From a virus, in IMG/VR virus record IMGVR_UViG_3300015242_000023, positions 1,802 through 65,801 of that record: a stretch of DNA of 64,000 nt, one strand, 5' to 3'. Every line of letters begins with the position of its first letter. The stretch's first letter is position 1. A model generated the notes under the pieces. That model was not told where the DNA came from, searched no databases, and saw only the letters and a list, made by a program, of their open reading frames with translations. Shown here in pieces: positions 35,959 to 46,340 of this stretch. A program made the position numbers and the translations under genes.

Positions 35959-36827
35959 GGCAGCAACAACACTGTTATGGAGCTTGCCCGATTGGCGACG
36001 CCAGATGAGTTGGCTGTCGTCATAAGAAGGCCATTTATGGACGTTTGATCTCGCACCCGGAGAGTGAAAGTCATGGCGCCGGTCAGAGACACCGCAGCTA
36101 CGATGGTGACCACGGAAGTGAAAGAAGCGCCCGCCGTCACGACGCGCGTATTGGCGATATAGGTTGATCCATCAAATATGGCGACCTCGATATTCGCCCC
36201 ACTTGCGGTATCTAAAACGCTGGCGACGCCAGTGATAATCGCCGTCCGCCCAGATGCGCCGATTGATCCTGTATTCGGGCCATTAAAGAAATTGGCTGTG
36301 TTGTTCAGATTGACATCGGCGCCCAAGAACGTCGTAGCGGCGGATACTCCTGTCGGTCCTGTTGCACCCGTCGCGCCTGTGGGACCAGTGCCACCTGTTG
36401 ATCCAGTTGGACCAGTCGCACCGGTCGCGCCCGTAGCAGCAGATCCGGTTGCGCCAGTTGCACCTGTCGATCCTGTGATGCTTGATCCGGTAGGCCCTGT
36501 AGCTCCAGTTCTTCCTGTCGGACCGATTGGCCCCGATGCGCCCGTGACGCTTGCACCAGTCGCACCCGTTGGTCCTGTTGGTCCAGCAGATCCCGTCGCT
36601 CCTGTCACTCCTGACGGGCCTGCGCCTGTGGCGCCTGTGGCACCCGTTGGTCCTGTTGCGCCTGTCGCACCGGTTGGACTTCCCGCGCCCGTGGCGATGT
36701 ACTGCGCGATCTGACCCAGCGACAATCGGACAGAGACGCCTGCCTGCACAGCCTCAACCTGCTCCGTGCCGGTCGTCGGGGTGACGCCGGCAGGGAGATT
36801 GGGGATTTGGGCATAAGAAATCGCCAT
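35955..36827 (-). CDS. Collagen-like (Gly-X-Thr) fibre protein
   Basis: GAT/GPT/GST triplets followed by a beta-rich C-terminal domain. Confidence 0.8.
   Translation of the reverse strand: MAISYAQIPNLPAGVTPTTGTEQVEAVQAGVSVRLSLGQIAQYIATGAGSPTGATGATGPTGATGATGAGPSGVTGATGSAGPTGPTGATGASVTGASGPIGPTGRTGATGPTGSSITGSTGATGATGSAATGATGATGPTGSTGGTGPTGATGATGPTGVSAATTFLGADVNLNNTANFFNGPNTGSIGASGRTAIITGVASVLDTASGANIEVAIFDGSTYIANTRVVTAGASFTSVVTIVAAVSLTGAMTFTLRVRDQTSINGLLMTTANSSGVANRASSITVLLLP
36345..36685 (-). repeat. Gly-X-Thr collagen coding repeat
   Basis: Imperfect 9-nt periodicity; approximate bounds. Confidence 0.8.
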
Positions 36828-36829
36828 GA

Positions 36830-37563
36830 TCAGAGGTTCATGTAGAAGTTGGTGAGGTTTGTGATCTCCGTGCCGGTCAGAGCGGTCTTGCCGGTCATCC
36901 AGACTCCACAATCGGAATTGATGCTCTCAGCACCTGATTGAGCCACACCGTAGTTCCATGTCGTGGCACCATAATTCGGCACGGCGGCCGGAAATGTTGT
37001 GCCCGCAATCGACAGAGATGATCCATCAACATAGACTGCATTCCCTCCCGCATCCCACAGCATGTAAATCGCATGCTCAGCCGTGTCACCGATGACGTTG
37101 GCCCGACTGAAACAGGGTTGCGTCGTGGCATCAACCGAGCAGCAGCCATTACCAAAGAACACTGACGTTCCACCGCCTGTGCCTTGATAGGCTGCGATGG
37201 CGCCACCGCCAGCAGCACCAGGCCATCCCTTGCCTATAATGCCACGATCTCCGCTCGCGCTGAGACAAGCTCCATACCAGAAGGCCCACATGGTCCCGCC
37301 GGCGCCCCATGCCGGCTGCGAGAGATTGATCTGCTTGCTGGTCGCATCGATCCGCATCGTCGGCATGCCGCCTAATGTCGCCCCAGCGTTGATCACCCCA
37401 ACGATGCTCGGCGTCCCGCCGGCTGCTCCGCTGTTGGGGATCGCCGTAAGAACCGTCGCAAGGTATGTCGCATTGCGCGCATCCAACCAGACTTCCGACG
37501 CTATCGACGACGGATTAAAACCGCTGGCGGGTCGACGCGTGTAGAAGCGATTGGGCGAGAACA

Positions 37564-37564
<1 letters not shown>
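36830..37564 (-). CDS. LamG/concanavalin-A-like lectin-domain virion protein
   Basis: VWLDARN motif, beta-sandwich composition, located between two fibre genes. Confidence 0.55.
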
Positions 37565-38853
<1,289 letters not shown>

Positions 38854-38856
38854 GGC

Positions 38857-39186
38857 TTAAAGGCTTTCTTTCCTGCGTCGCCATCCCTTTGCCATGGCCA
38901 TCGCGATGCGCATTTTCTCAACGTAGGCCGGATCGCTCCATCGGATCAGCATCTCGGCAGATCGGCGCGCTCTGTTCTCAGCGCTCTGAACTCCCTTCCT
39001 TCGTGCCGCTATTCCTCTTTTTGCACGAATCGGATGGGACCTATGAAACTTTCGCAGACTTTCAGCCGCCATACCCTTGGCGCGCTCACTGCGCGGGATG
39101 CCGAAATTATTCGGCTTTTTGCCAAGCTTGGCGGCGCGCATCTTGCGGCGCGTAGCGAGCGAGAATTTGAGGCCGAGCGTCGTCAT
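38857..39186 (-). CDS. NUMOD3-repeat-only protein (homing-endonuclease remnant)
   Basis: FSLATRRKMRAAKLGK, RSERAKG, QSAENRARRS repeats; no nuclease motif. Confidence 0.55.
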   Translation of the reverse strand: MTTLGLKFSLATRRKMRAAKLGKKPNNFGIPRSERAKGMAAESLRKFHRSHPIRAKRGIAARRKGVQSAENRARRSAEMLIRWSDPAYVEKMRIAMAMAKGWRRRKESL

Positions 39187-39416
39187 TAGGATAGCGGCCC
39201 GGTCTTGGGCACCGTCAGGAATCCCCACGGCAATCCAGGATCGGCATTGCCCGGTGCGTTGGGATCTGTCCCCGGTTCTTGGTTGAGGCCGCCGCTGGGC
39301 TCTCCTGTCGTCTGCGTCACGCGAATCTGTCCGTCTTGCGTGGTGCGCACGTCTCCCAGGATCACGGGGATGCCGGTGATCGGATCGATCACGTTTTGGC
39401 CGCTGGTGACGCGCAT
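39186..39416 (-). CDS. Small hypothetical protein
   Basis: Coupled to both neighbours. Confidence 0.55.
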   Translation of the reverse strand: MRVTSGQNVIDPITGIPVILGDVRTTQDGQIRVTQTTGEPSGGLNQEPGTDPNAPGNADPGLPWGFLTVPKTGPLS

Positions 39417-39688
39417 CAGCTTTCATCCAACGCAAACGGCTCGACGCGCGAATTGAGGATCGGCGTCGGATCAGCCGGAAGCATGATCGCCTTCAACTGC
39501 GCTTGCGGTTTGTCATTGCACCGGTTGCACACAAGAAGCCGCTGGTTCACCAGCGATGTCCCAGCATATTGAAACTGCCAATGAAGGTTGACGTGATTGT
39601 ACCAAAGGCCGCAGCGATCGCAGACGGCGAATGCTTGCGGACGACTGGCGCTTGTTCGTGCGCGACCTGATAGCGAAGCGTAGCCCAT
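39416..39688 (-). CDS. Zinc-ribbon virion-module protein
   Basis: AVCDRCG...LLVCNRCNDKPQ. Confidence 0.65.
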   Translation of the reverse strand: MGYASLSGRARTSASRPQAFAVCDRCGLWYNHVNLHWQFQYAGTSLVNQRLLVCNRCNDKPQAQLKAIMLPADPTPILNSRVEPFALDES

Positions 39689-39697
39689 CGCATCCTC

Positions 39698-40393
39698 CTA
39701 TGGTCTGTAGTAGCCCGAGAGTTGGGGCGACACATACATGGCAGCATTCTCTGTGTCTTGCTTCGCCGCTCGCGCATATGACTTATCGGCGAACGGCTGC
39801 AGCGCCGGAATCAATTGCGGGTTCCACAGCCGCGCCAGATTGAGTGCCATACCATCGGCAAAAGCGTTGAACCAACGATAGGGAATGTCGACGGTCTGCC
39901 CCGAAGTGAACTCGGCATCCTGCACCTGCGTCACGCGATAATAGGTGAGGTAGGTGGCGCTGGTTCCATCGGGAACCTGCCACAGCGTCACTGTCGGCGA
40001 GATCAGGCGATCAAGCCAAAAAACTGTCGTCAGGCCCTGCGAATCCTTGTTCGGATATGACGCATATTCTGATCTCGATACCGGCGTGATGATGCGGTCA
40101 ATCGGATCGCTCAGACCGTTGTCGATGGTCATATAGGCGTCGAGGATCATGATCGTCTTGGCATCGACGGCGTAGGTCGCCTGCCCTTGAACGAGCGTGG
40201 TCTGTACTCGATCGACCTTCCACAGGTTCGGCGTCTCGTTTGCCCAGTCGGCTAATAGCAGATTCGCGGCCGTGCGCGCACTCTGCCAATGCTCAGTCAC
40301 CAACGACGGCCCGCGCAATTGGGCCAACATGAAAGCATAGAGCGTCAACTCACCCAAACTTGGCGCGTAGACGTACGTTCCGGAACTGGGCAT
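39698..40393 (-). CDS. Head-tail connector protein
   Basis: LLLADWANETPNLWK...LVQGQATY...IILDAY...SRSEYASYPNK: connector-type pattern. Confidence 0.65.
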   Translation of the reverse strand: MPSSGTYVYAPSLGELTLYAFMLAQLRGPSLVTEHWQSARTAANLLLADWANETPNLWKVDRVQTTLVQGQATYAVDAKTIMILDAYMTIDNGLSDPIDRIITPVSRSEYASYPNKDSQGLTTVFWLDRLISPTVTLWQVPDGTSATYLTYYRVTQVQDAEFTSGQTVDIPYRWFNAFADGMALNLARLWNPQLIPALQPFADKSYARAAKQDTENAAMYVSPQLSGYYRP

Positions 40394-40394
40394 C

Positions 40395-42305
40395 TTACGC
40401 CACCAACTTCACGCCCGACTTCTCGCGAGAGAAGCGGAGATTTTCGAGGACGCGCGTGCGCATCTCCATCGGCATCTTGTTCTCAGCCAAAAGCCGCTCG
40501 CAGGCCTCGGCCGCCTCGTTGTAGTGGCCCGACCAGTAGGCGCTGACGGCGAGCTCGTCGAGCAGCCCGTATTCATAGATCCACGCTTCCATGAACAACG
40601 CGCCGGCGGGCATCGGTACACCCAACGCCGCCTTGGCGCCTTCATAAGCCTCCTGATAGCGGGCCTTCGTGCGCAGGAAACGGCTGAGATCGTGCAGCGC
40701 CTCAGCCCGGTGCGGGAACGATGCATGTGCCGCGGCGAAGGCCGCAATCACCTCGTCATCCGGCTTATCCAGAGCGACTAGGTAGCGCGCCGAGAACAGC
40801 AGGCCGACATAGATCTCTTCCTCCCAGTGGCCCAGCGTGGCGCGCTTCTGGAATGCATCGATTGCCTCTTCAGGCATCCCCGCGTCCTTGTAGGACATGC
40901 CCAGATAGAACTGGTACCGGGCGAGCAGAAGCGGATCCGTCTCGCCGGCCAGCGCCTTCTGGATCGCCTCGACGTCGCGCTTGAACACGTCCTTGTCCTT
41001 CCGCCGGGCGCCGTCTGATCCAACGCGGATCGTGATGCCGGTCATGTGCGCCTGGGTCTTGGCGTCGTCTGCGTGCAGAAATTCATGGACCACGCCGCGG
41101 TAGCGCCATGGCAGCAGGTTGCTCACCATCTGCGGCCGGGCATAGCGGATCGGCGAATAGTCGATATCGACAGTGACGCTGTCGGCCTCAAGACGCGGAA
41201 TGATGGCACCATCCGGCATTACCAGCACATCATCGGCGTCCATGATCAGCGAATAATCCGCCTTGTCCCGGGCCAGTTCCAGCGCGTGGCTACGGTTGGT
41301 GGCGAAATCGACCCAAGCATGTTCGTGGAGATCGCCCGGTATGCCCGCCATCACCCGCCGGATCACATCCTGCGTGCCGTCGGTCGAACCGGTGTCAACG
41401 ATTGTCCAATGATCAATCTCACCCATGACCGACATCAAGCAACGCTCAATGATCGTGGCCTCGTTCTTCACGATCATGCAGAGGCCGATGGTCTGGCCGG
41501 CGCGGAGATACTTGCCGGCATTCGCGCGGGCACGAAGATAGGTCGTGTCGACCGGTGCGCGGTGCTTCAGGGTGCGCATGATCTCCTCGCTGAGCGGCAG
41601 GCCGGCGTGATCGCGGTCAACCCATCCCTGGAGAATGGCAGCCAAGTTCGGCGGCTCATCCCAGCCCAGTTGCTCGCGGATCTTTGCGGCAGACGCCAGC
41701 CGGTCTTGGCGGGTTGCCGCGAACAGCGTCCACCACAGGCGCATATCGCGCATCCGAGGATTGGAATGGCCAGGGCGACAAACGAAGTGTAGCGCCGGGT
41801 TTGGCACCAATGGTTGGCCGGTCGTGAACGAGTACGTTTCGGCGATCGCGGTATCGGCGAACCAGAACGGGAAGCGCTCGTCGAGGAACCCGGCCTGCTC
41901 GATCCATTTGCGATGGCACATCAGAACCGTCGCTTGGTTCGGGCTGTTGCTCTCCGTCCACGCCAAGACGCCAATGCGCGGATCGGTCGATGCGAAATGC
42001 TGGGCGCAGATGACATCCCAGTGCGGGGTGGCGATGATCCCGTCGTCTGGAAGCGCGATCACGACCTCGGCATCTGTCAGCGCCAGGCAGCGGTTCCAAC
42101 ATGCGCCGGGGCCGAGCGGCCGCGGGGCGATACTGAGGTTCACCTTGCCGTGGAACTGATAGAACGGCGTCAGCTTATCGTCGTCGTCGCAAGCGATCAG
42201 GAACTCAAGATCGTGCTGCCCGCTCGCCAGCATGCGGGCCGAGCCGATCACAGCAGCAACCCGCTCCGGGTGGCCCCGCGTGGCGATTATGACGGCGAAT
42301 TTCAT
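40395..42305 (-). CDS. Two-domain GT2 glycosyltransferase with C-terminal TPR repeats
   Basis: Domain 1 VIIATRG...LPDDG; domain 2 LCMIVKNEA...VDTGSTDGT...MDADD; C-terminal YQFYLGMSY / HRAEALHDL TPRs. Confidence 0.88.
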   Translation of the reverse strand: MKFAVIIATRGHPERVAAVIGSARMLASGQHDLEFLIACDDDDKLTPFYQFHGKVNLSIAPRPLGPGACWNRCLALTDAEVVIALPDDGIIATPHWDVICAQHFASTDPRIGVLAWTESNSPNQATVLMCHRKWIEQAGFLDERFPFWFADTAIAETYSFTTGQPLVPNPALHFVCRPGHSNPRMRDMRLWWTLFAATRQDRLASAAKIREQLGWDEPPNLAAILQGWVDRDHAGLPLSEEIMRTLKHRAPVDTTYLRARANAGKYLRAGQTIGLCMIVKNEATIIERCLMSVMGEIDHWTIVDTGSTDGTQDVIRRVMAGIPGDLHEHAWVDFATNRSHALELARDKADYSLIMDADDVLVMPDGAIIPRLEADSVTVDIDYSPIRYARPQMVSNLLPWRYRGVVHEFLHADDAKTQAHMTGITIRVGSDGARRKDKDVFKRDVEAIQKALAGETDPLLLARYQFYLGMSYKDAGMPEEAIDAFQKRATLGHWEEEIYVGLLFSARYLVALDKPDDEVIAAFAAAHASFPHRAEALHDLSRFLRTKARYQEAYEGAKAALGVPMPAGALFMEAWIYEYGLLDELAVSAYWSGHYNEAAEACERLLAENKMPMEMRTRVLENLRFSREKSGVKLVA

Positions 42306-42314
42306 TGGCCCCTC

Positions 42315-42650
42315 CTATCCGGGGCCGACCCCAGCCTGAACGAAGGTGGCCGTGAGCGATCCCGTTCCGCTGGCTGTACGAATCCGAGCATACAGCGGAA
42401 CGAAGGGAAGTTGCACGAGAGCGCTGCCGGTTGCACCCACCGCGCCTGTGGACGACCACGTCATGCTGGCGACGGGAACCGCAAAGCCGCTCTGGTTGTT
42501 GGGGTCGTCGAGCGACACCTGAAGATCGTAATTGATCGAGCCGGTGGCCGATATCTGGATAACGACGGACGGATAGGCCCATTCATCCAATCGAACCATG
42601 CCGCTGGTGGCGCCGGTCGCCGCCGCCAGGGTGATGCTCTGAGGCTTCAT
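42315..42650 (-). CDS. Small beta-rich structural protein
   Basis: RBS GGAG; head-module position. Confidence 0.55.
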   Translation of the reverse strand: MKPQSITLAAATGATSGMVRLDEWAYPSVVIQISATGSINYDLQVSLDDPNNQSGFAVPVASMTWSSTGAVGATGSALVQLPFVPLYARIRTASGTGSLTATFVQAGVGPG

Positions 42651-42709
42651 CTCCTACTCCCATTCTGGGCGGCAGCCCGCAAAGGGGAGAGGCGCGCCCT
42701 CCTCGATTT

Positions 42710-43093
42710 CTAGCTGATGTCCTCGGTCTTGTGACCGCGCGGGCTCGAGCCGGCGGCGGCCGAGCTCATCGGCGAGAAGTTGGAACCGGCGCGACCGCCG
42801 GATGCCCGCACCGAACGGCCCGCGCTCTTGGCGATGCTGCCCTGGACAGGACCGATGTGCTTGGCGTGCCCCATGTGCTTGCCGGTCTCGTGGTGCTTCA
42901 CACCCCCGCCCGACTTGCGCTTGGCGCGCCCGCCGCGCTTCTTCTCCTCGGCCGCGTCCTGGATCTTCGGCGCGTTGTTGTAGCGCTGCGGCTTGGCGTT
43001 CTCCTCCGCCTTATAGTCCGCCCGCGGACTGCCGAAGTCCTTCTCGCTGCCCTCGGCGGCGCCGCCATTCTTCCGTGCACTGCGACCCTTCAT
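42710..43093 (-). CDS. Basic Gly/Lys/Arg-rich internal virion protein
   Basis: RKNGG, KRGGRAKRKSGG, RASGG motifs. Confidence 0.6.
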   Translation of the reverse strand: MKGRSARKNGGAAEGSEKDFGSPRADYKAEENAKPQRYNNAPKIQDAAEEKKRGGRAKRKSGGGVKHHETGKHMGHAKHIGPVQGSIAKSAGRSVRASGGRAGSNFSPMSSAAAGSSPRGHKTEDIS

Positions 43094-43104
43094 GGTGCGC
43101 TCTC

Positions 43105-43632
43105 CTAGTTTGCGTCGTCGCTGGTAGGGACCTGCGAATAGATGATCGTCACCTGAGCATACGGAGCCCCGGTCGGGGCCGTGCCGCTCATCGCGATACT
43201 GGCCGCCACAGTGCCTATCTGCAAGTCCGCACTGCCGGTGACGCTCTGGTTTGTCATTGCGGCCAACTGCGCCGCCGTGAAGGTCGGGCGCGTGCGGCCG
43301 GTGGCCGTCATGCTGACGTTGCTGGCATAGGTCGTGGCGCCCGCAGTGGCACCGACCGACAGCGTAGCGCCCACGCCGGCGCCAAAGCCCGTCAGGGTGT
43401 CCACGATGATGTCGATGATGTTGGCCCGGCCGCCGCCCAGGCTAGCCGATGGCAGATACAGGGTCGCAGAGACCGTCCCGGTGCTGCCGCTGGCGCCCGC
43501 GAGCGTCATCGACTGCTGCAGGACAACAGGTCCCTGGTTGAAGGGATAGCTCGTCGGCGGCGAGCCGGTCGCCCCAACTGCATCTTTGTTGGGACCGACC
43601 AGCAGGGGGCCGGAGAGAGTGCTCTTGGCCAT
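43105..43632 (-). CDS. Capsid decoration/auxiliary protein
   Basis: MAKSTLSGPL start, IIDIIVDTLTGF, jelly-roll-like composition, downstream of the capsid gene. Confidence 0.55.
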   Translation of the reverse strand: MAKSTLSGPLLVGPNKDAVGATGSPPTSYPFNQGPVVLQQSMTLAGASGSTGTVSATLYLPSASLGGGRANIIDIIVDTLTGFGAGVGATLSVGATAGATTYASNVSMTATGRTRPTFTAAQLAAMTNQSVTGSADLQIGTVAASIAMSGTAPTGAPYAQVTIIYSQVPTSDDAN

Positions 43633-44324
43633 CAGGCGCGCTCCTTGACGACAGTGAGGGGCGCCGCGCCAGCGCGACCATTGTGGCGGTCCAGATAGCG
43701 AATGGCGGACAGAAGACGATCGCGATCCTCGCCGAGCTTACCAAGACCAGTATTGCACGCCACGCACAGTAGGCCGCGAAGCGTTCCCGTCGTGTGATCG
43801 TGGTCGACGGCGAGCGCCTTCAGCTTGCCGCTGCGCATCTCTGTTTCGGGCTGCTGACAAATGGCACAGACGCCGCCTTGCGCTACAAGCATTGCACCGT
43901 ATTCGGCCAGCGTGATGCCGAACATCTTGAGGAGATCGAGTTCCTTGGCGCGATCAGGATTGGCCTTACGCCACGCCTTACCATAGGCCGAACGGCCTTC
44001 CTTGGTGCGGTGATCGAACCCGTTGGCGCCGGCGACGAGCATCAGATTAGTGACGCGACAGTTGTGTCTATTCTTGTCGCGGAAGGTGAGTTTGCCCGTC
44101 GGCAATTCGCCGTAGTGGACAGCCCATGCAATGCGCTGCGCCGTGAAATCCCAGCCATCAATGCTGATCATCCGATGGCCGTTGGATGCCAACTCAATCC
44201 CCACTTCGCGCCCTTCTTCGCATCCCCCACCCACACGCGACATCCGCCAGAAGAATCGTCCTTCTTCGGCGTCGTATCGGATGAGATCGCGAATGCGATC
44301 TGCGGTGATGCTGTGTGTCTTCAT
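43632..44324 (-). CDS. Endonuclease VII-family homing endonuclease
   Basis: CAICQQPE...LAVDHDHTTGTLRGLLCVACNTGLG plus a degenerate N-terminal HNH-like domain. Confidence 0.88.
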   Translation of the reverse strand: MKTHSITADRIRDLIRYDAEEGRFFWRMSRVGGGCEEGREVGIELASNGHRMISIDGWDFTAQRIAWAVHYGELPTGKLTFRDKNRHNCRVTNLMLVAGANGFDHRTKEGRSAYGKAWRKANPDRAKELDLLKMFGITLAEYGAMLVAQGGVCAICQQPETEMRSGKLKALAVDHDHTTGTLRGLLCVACNTGLGKLGEDRDRLLSAIRYLDRHNGRAGAAPLTVVKERA

Positions 44325-44345
44325 GGGACTGACTATGCCTTGCCC

Positions 44346-45260
44346 TCACGAAGTGGGGAAGATGCCGTAGATAGCACGGGGGTTATAATACCCAAAGCTG
44401 TACCGAGCATACCCCTTCACGAGGAGGTTGTCCGTGGTGAAGTCGACCTGCATGTCGGTCTCGAAGGGGATGCGATCCATGTATGAGAGGCCGTCGATGT
44501 TGGTGAGGAGGAACCACGCGAAGGCCGAGGTCAGGTAGTCGTTCGTCATGTACGACTCGGGCAGGCCGCCCGCGGTCGTGTGGATGGCGTTGACGTCGTT
44601 GTCGGCGGTGCCGGGCCGCAACTCGGTCTTCAGCAGGCGGATGGCAACGGGCTCGAGCTGCGGCGGGATCAGCAGCTTGCGCGCCCGGGCGTACATCTTG
44701 AGGCCGGCCTGGTCGCGGAAGTTGGTGCGGACCGAGATCATCGAGTTGAGCAGCGTGGCCTCGTTCAGGCCCACTTGCGTCGTCGGCGTGTTGGCGTAGG
44801 TGCCGCCGTCGATCGGATGGGCCGGCGAGCACAGCGCCACGCCGTCGCCGCCGATCGCGTTGATGTAGGTGGTCGCGGTGTTGAGGAGGTTCGCGCCGAA
44901 GATTTCCTTGGTCTGCTGGAAGCTCTCGAGCAGGCCGAGATTGGCGGGATGGAACTGGGTCTTGTAGAGGTTGTCGTCGATGGCCTTGCGGGTCATCGCA
45001 TAGCCAAGAGCAATCTCGGTGTGCTCCTGGTTGTAGACGTACCGCTCGCCGGCCTGGTTGTCGAAAGAGGTCTGGCCGCCTTCGGTCTTGAGCTGCGCCA
45101 GCCCTAGGTAACGCATTTCGGCGGTGCGCTCCAACGCCATGTTGGATGTGTGCCGCGTGTAGATGCGATCGTACTGGGGCGGGATCTGTTCGTACTTCCC
45201 GGTCACCCCACGGAGGCCGGGGAGGAGCAGATCCTTGATCTGGGCGAGATTGACGGCCAT
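44346..45260 (-). CDS. Major capsid protein
   Basis: 304 aa; KTEGG...YNQEHTEIALGYAMTRKAIDDNLY...GDGVALCSPAHP...KGYARYSFG; position after scaffold. Confidence 0.85.
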   Translation of the reverse strand: MAVNLAQIKDLLLPGLRGVTGKYEQIPPQYDRIYTRHTSNMALERTAEMRYLGLAQLKTEGGQTSFDNQAGERYVYNQEHTEIALGYAMTRKAIDDNLYKTQFHPANLGLLESFQQTKEIFGANLLNTATTYINAIGGDGVALCSPAHPIDGGTYANTPTTQVGLNEATLLNSMISVRTNFRDQAGLKMYARARKLLIPPQLEPVAIRLLKTELRPGTADNDVNAIHTTAGGLPESYMTNDYLTSAFAWFLLTNIDGLSYMDRIPFETDMQVDFTTDNLLVKGYARYSFGYYNPRAIYGIFPTS

Positions 45261-45272
45261 GGATCCTGCTCC

Positions 45273-45902
45273 TTAGCTGATGCCGGTCGGGCCGGCGCCG
45301 TTCGCGCGCAGCCACTCGTTGTTGAACCCGACGATCACGTCATTGCTAGCCGTGGTCGGATCGGCGCCGTCGGCGCCCGGCGGGAACGTCAGCAGGGCGG
45401 TCACGATGAACGGGAATGTCACCGTCGTGCCCAGCGAGTTGAGGTAGGCGCCGGATCGGCCATTCGCCGTGTTGCCCGTGCCGATCGCATACTGCGCATA
45501 CTGGCCGACGGGCGAGGACGTGAACGCCGACAGCGTGCCGGTGATGTTGAAGTTGGTGCTGAAGCCCTGGACCTGGAAGCGGGCGTTCGGATCGTCGACG
45601 ACCTGGGCGGTCACATCACCCGTCGCATCGGAGCCGGGCCAGTAGTTGCCCCACACCGTGCGCTTCTGGCTCGTCGACAGATAGTTGCACCCGTTGAAGA
45701 CGCCGTCGATCCGGACCGTGCCCGGCACGCCGCGCGTGATGTAGCCGTTTGCCGTGCTGATCACCGGATTGACCGGGTCGCCGGAAAAGAGGGCGAAGGT
45801 GTTGGACGACGCGATGAGCCGCTGCGTTTCGGCGAAGGTGGGGGCACCGCCCGCACCACCCTGATATTGCTGGAACCCATTTGGGTTGAATGTATTCGCC
45901 AT
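45273..45902 (-). CDS. Capsid cement/stabilising protein
   Basis: MANTFNPNGF...FSGDPV...DDPNARF; immediately upstream of the capsid gene. Confidence 0.65.
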   Translation of the reverse strand: MANTFNPNGFQQYQGGAGGAPTFAETQRLIASSNTFALFSGDPVNPVISTANGYITRGVPGTVRIDGVFNGCNYLSTSQKRTVWGNYWPGSDATGDVTAQVVDDPNARFQVQGFSTNFNITGTLSAFTSSPVGQYAQYAIGTGNTANGRSGAYLNSLGTTVTFPFIVTALLTFPPGADGADPTTASNDVIVGFNNEWLRANGAGPTGIS

Positions 45903-46006
45903 GGCTGACGACCTCTCCTTGCGGAGGGTTCCATCATCAGCGCGCCGGGGCGACTACAGGAACAGGAAAACTTGGGGCTGCTTCCACCGAGGAAGCGAGT
46001 GGCCGC

Positions 46007-46036
46007 AAGATAGTCACATAATTTATGTGGCGTAAA
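46007..46036 (-). promoter_or_regulatory. Candidate capsid-operon promoter with palindromic operator in its spacer
   Basis: TTTACG-N17-CTATCT; CACATAA-T-TTATGTG at 46015-46029. Confidence 0.5.
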
Positions 46037-46076
46037 GCGGAGCCTGTGGAGAAGTGCTGCGGGCCAGGCTTGATAC

Positions 46077-46153
46077 TGGCTGCCGGGAGGCGGAATTGAA
46101 CCGACGACCTGAACCCTGGCGGGGTCCCGCTCTACCGACTGAGCTATCCCGAT
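46077..46153 (-). tRNA. Non-canonical tRNA-Gly(GCC)-like RNA
   Basis: D arm GCTC-AGTCGGTA-GAGC, anticodon arm GGACC-CCGCCAG-GGTTC, T loop TTCAATT, 3' CCA; has C33, a 1:72 mismatch and one extra base before CCA. Confidence 0.7.
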
Positions 46154-46254
46154 CGCTCAAGAAACCTGCAGTTTTGGCGCCACCTACTCACGGCAGGTTA
46201 TCCGTCTTGAGCCGCGTGTCCTTCCACGCCGCCACAGCCCGCGCACAATACCCC

Positions 46255-46288
46255 AAAGGAAAACCCCGCCGCAACTGGTGCGACGGGG
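46255..46288 (-). terminator. Intrinsic terminator
   Basis: - strand CCCCGTCGCA-CCAGT-TGCGGCGGGG followed by TTTTCCTTT. Confidence 0.75.
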
Positions 46289-46340
46289 CGGGAAATCTCT
46301 TGCAGCCGGCCCCCTCAAGGGCCACGGAGCAACGCTATCG

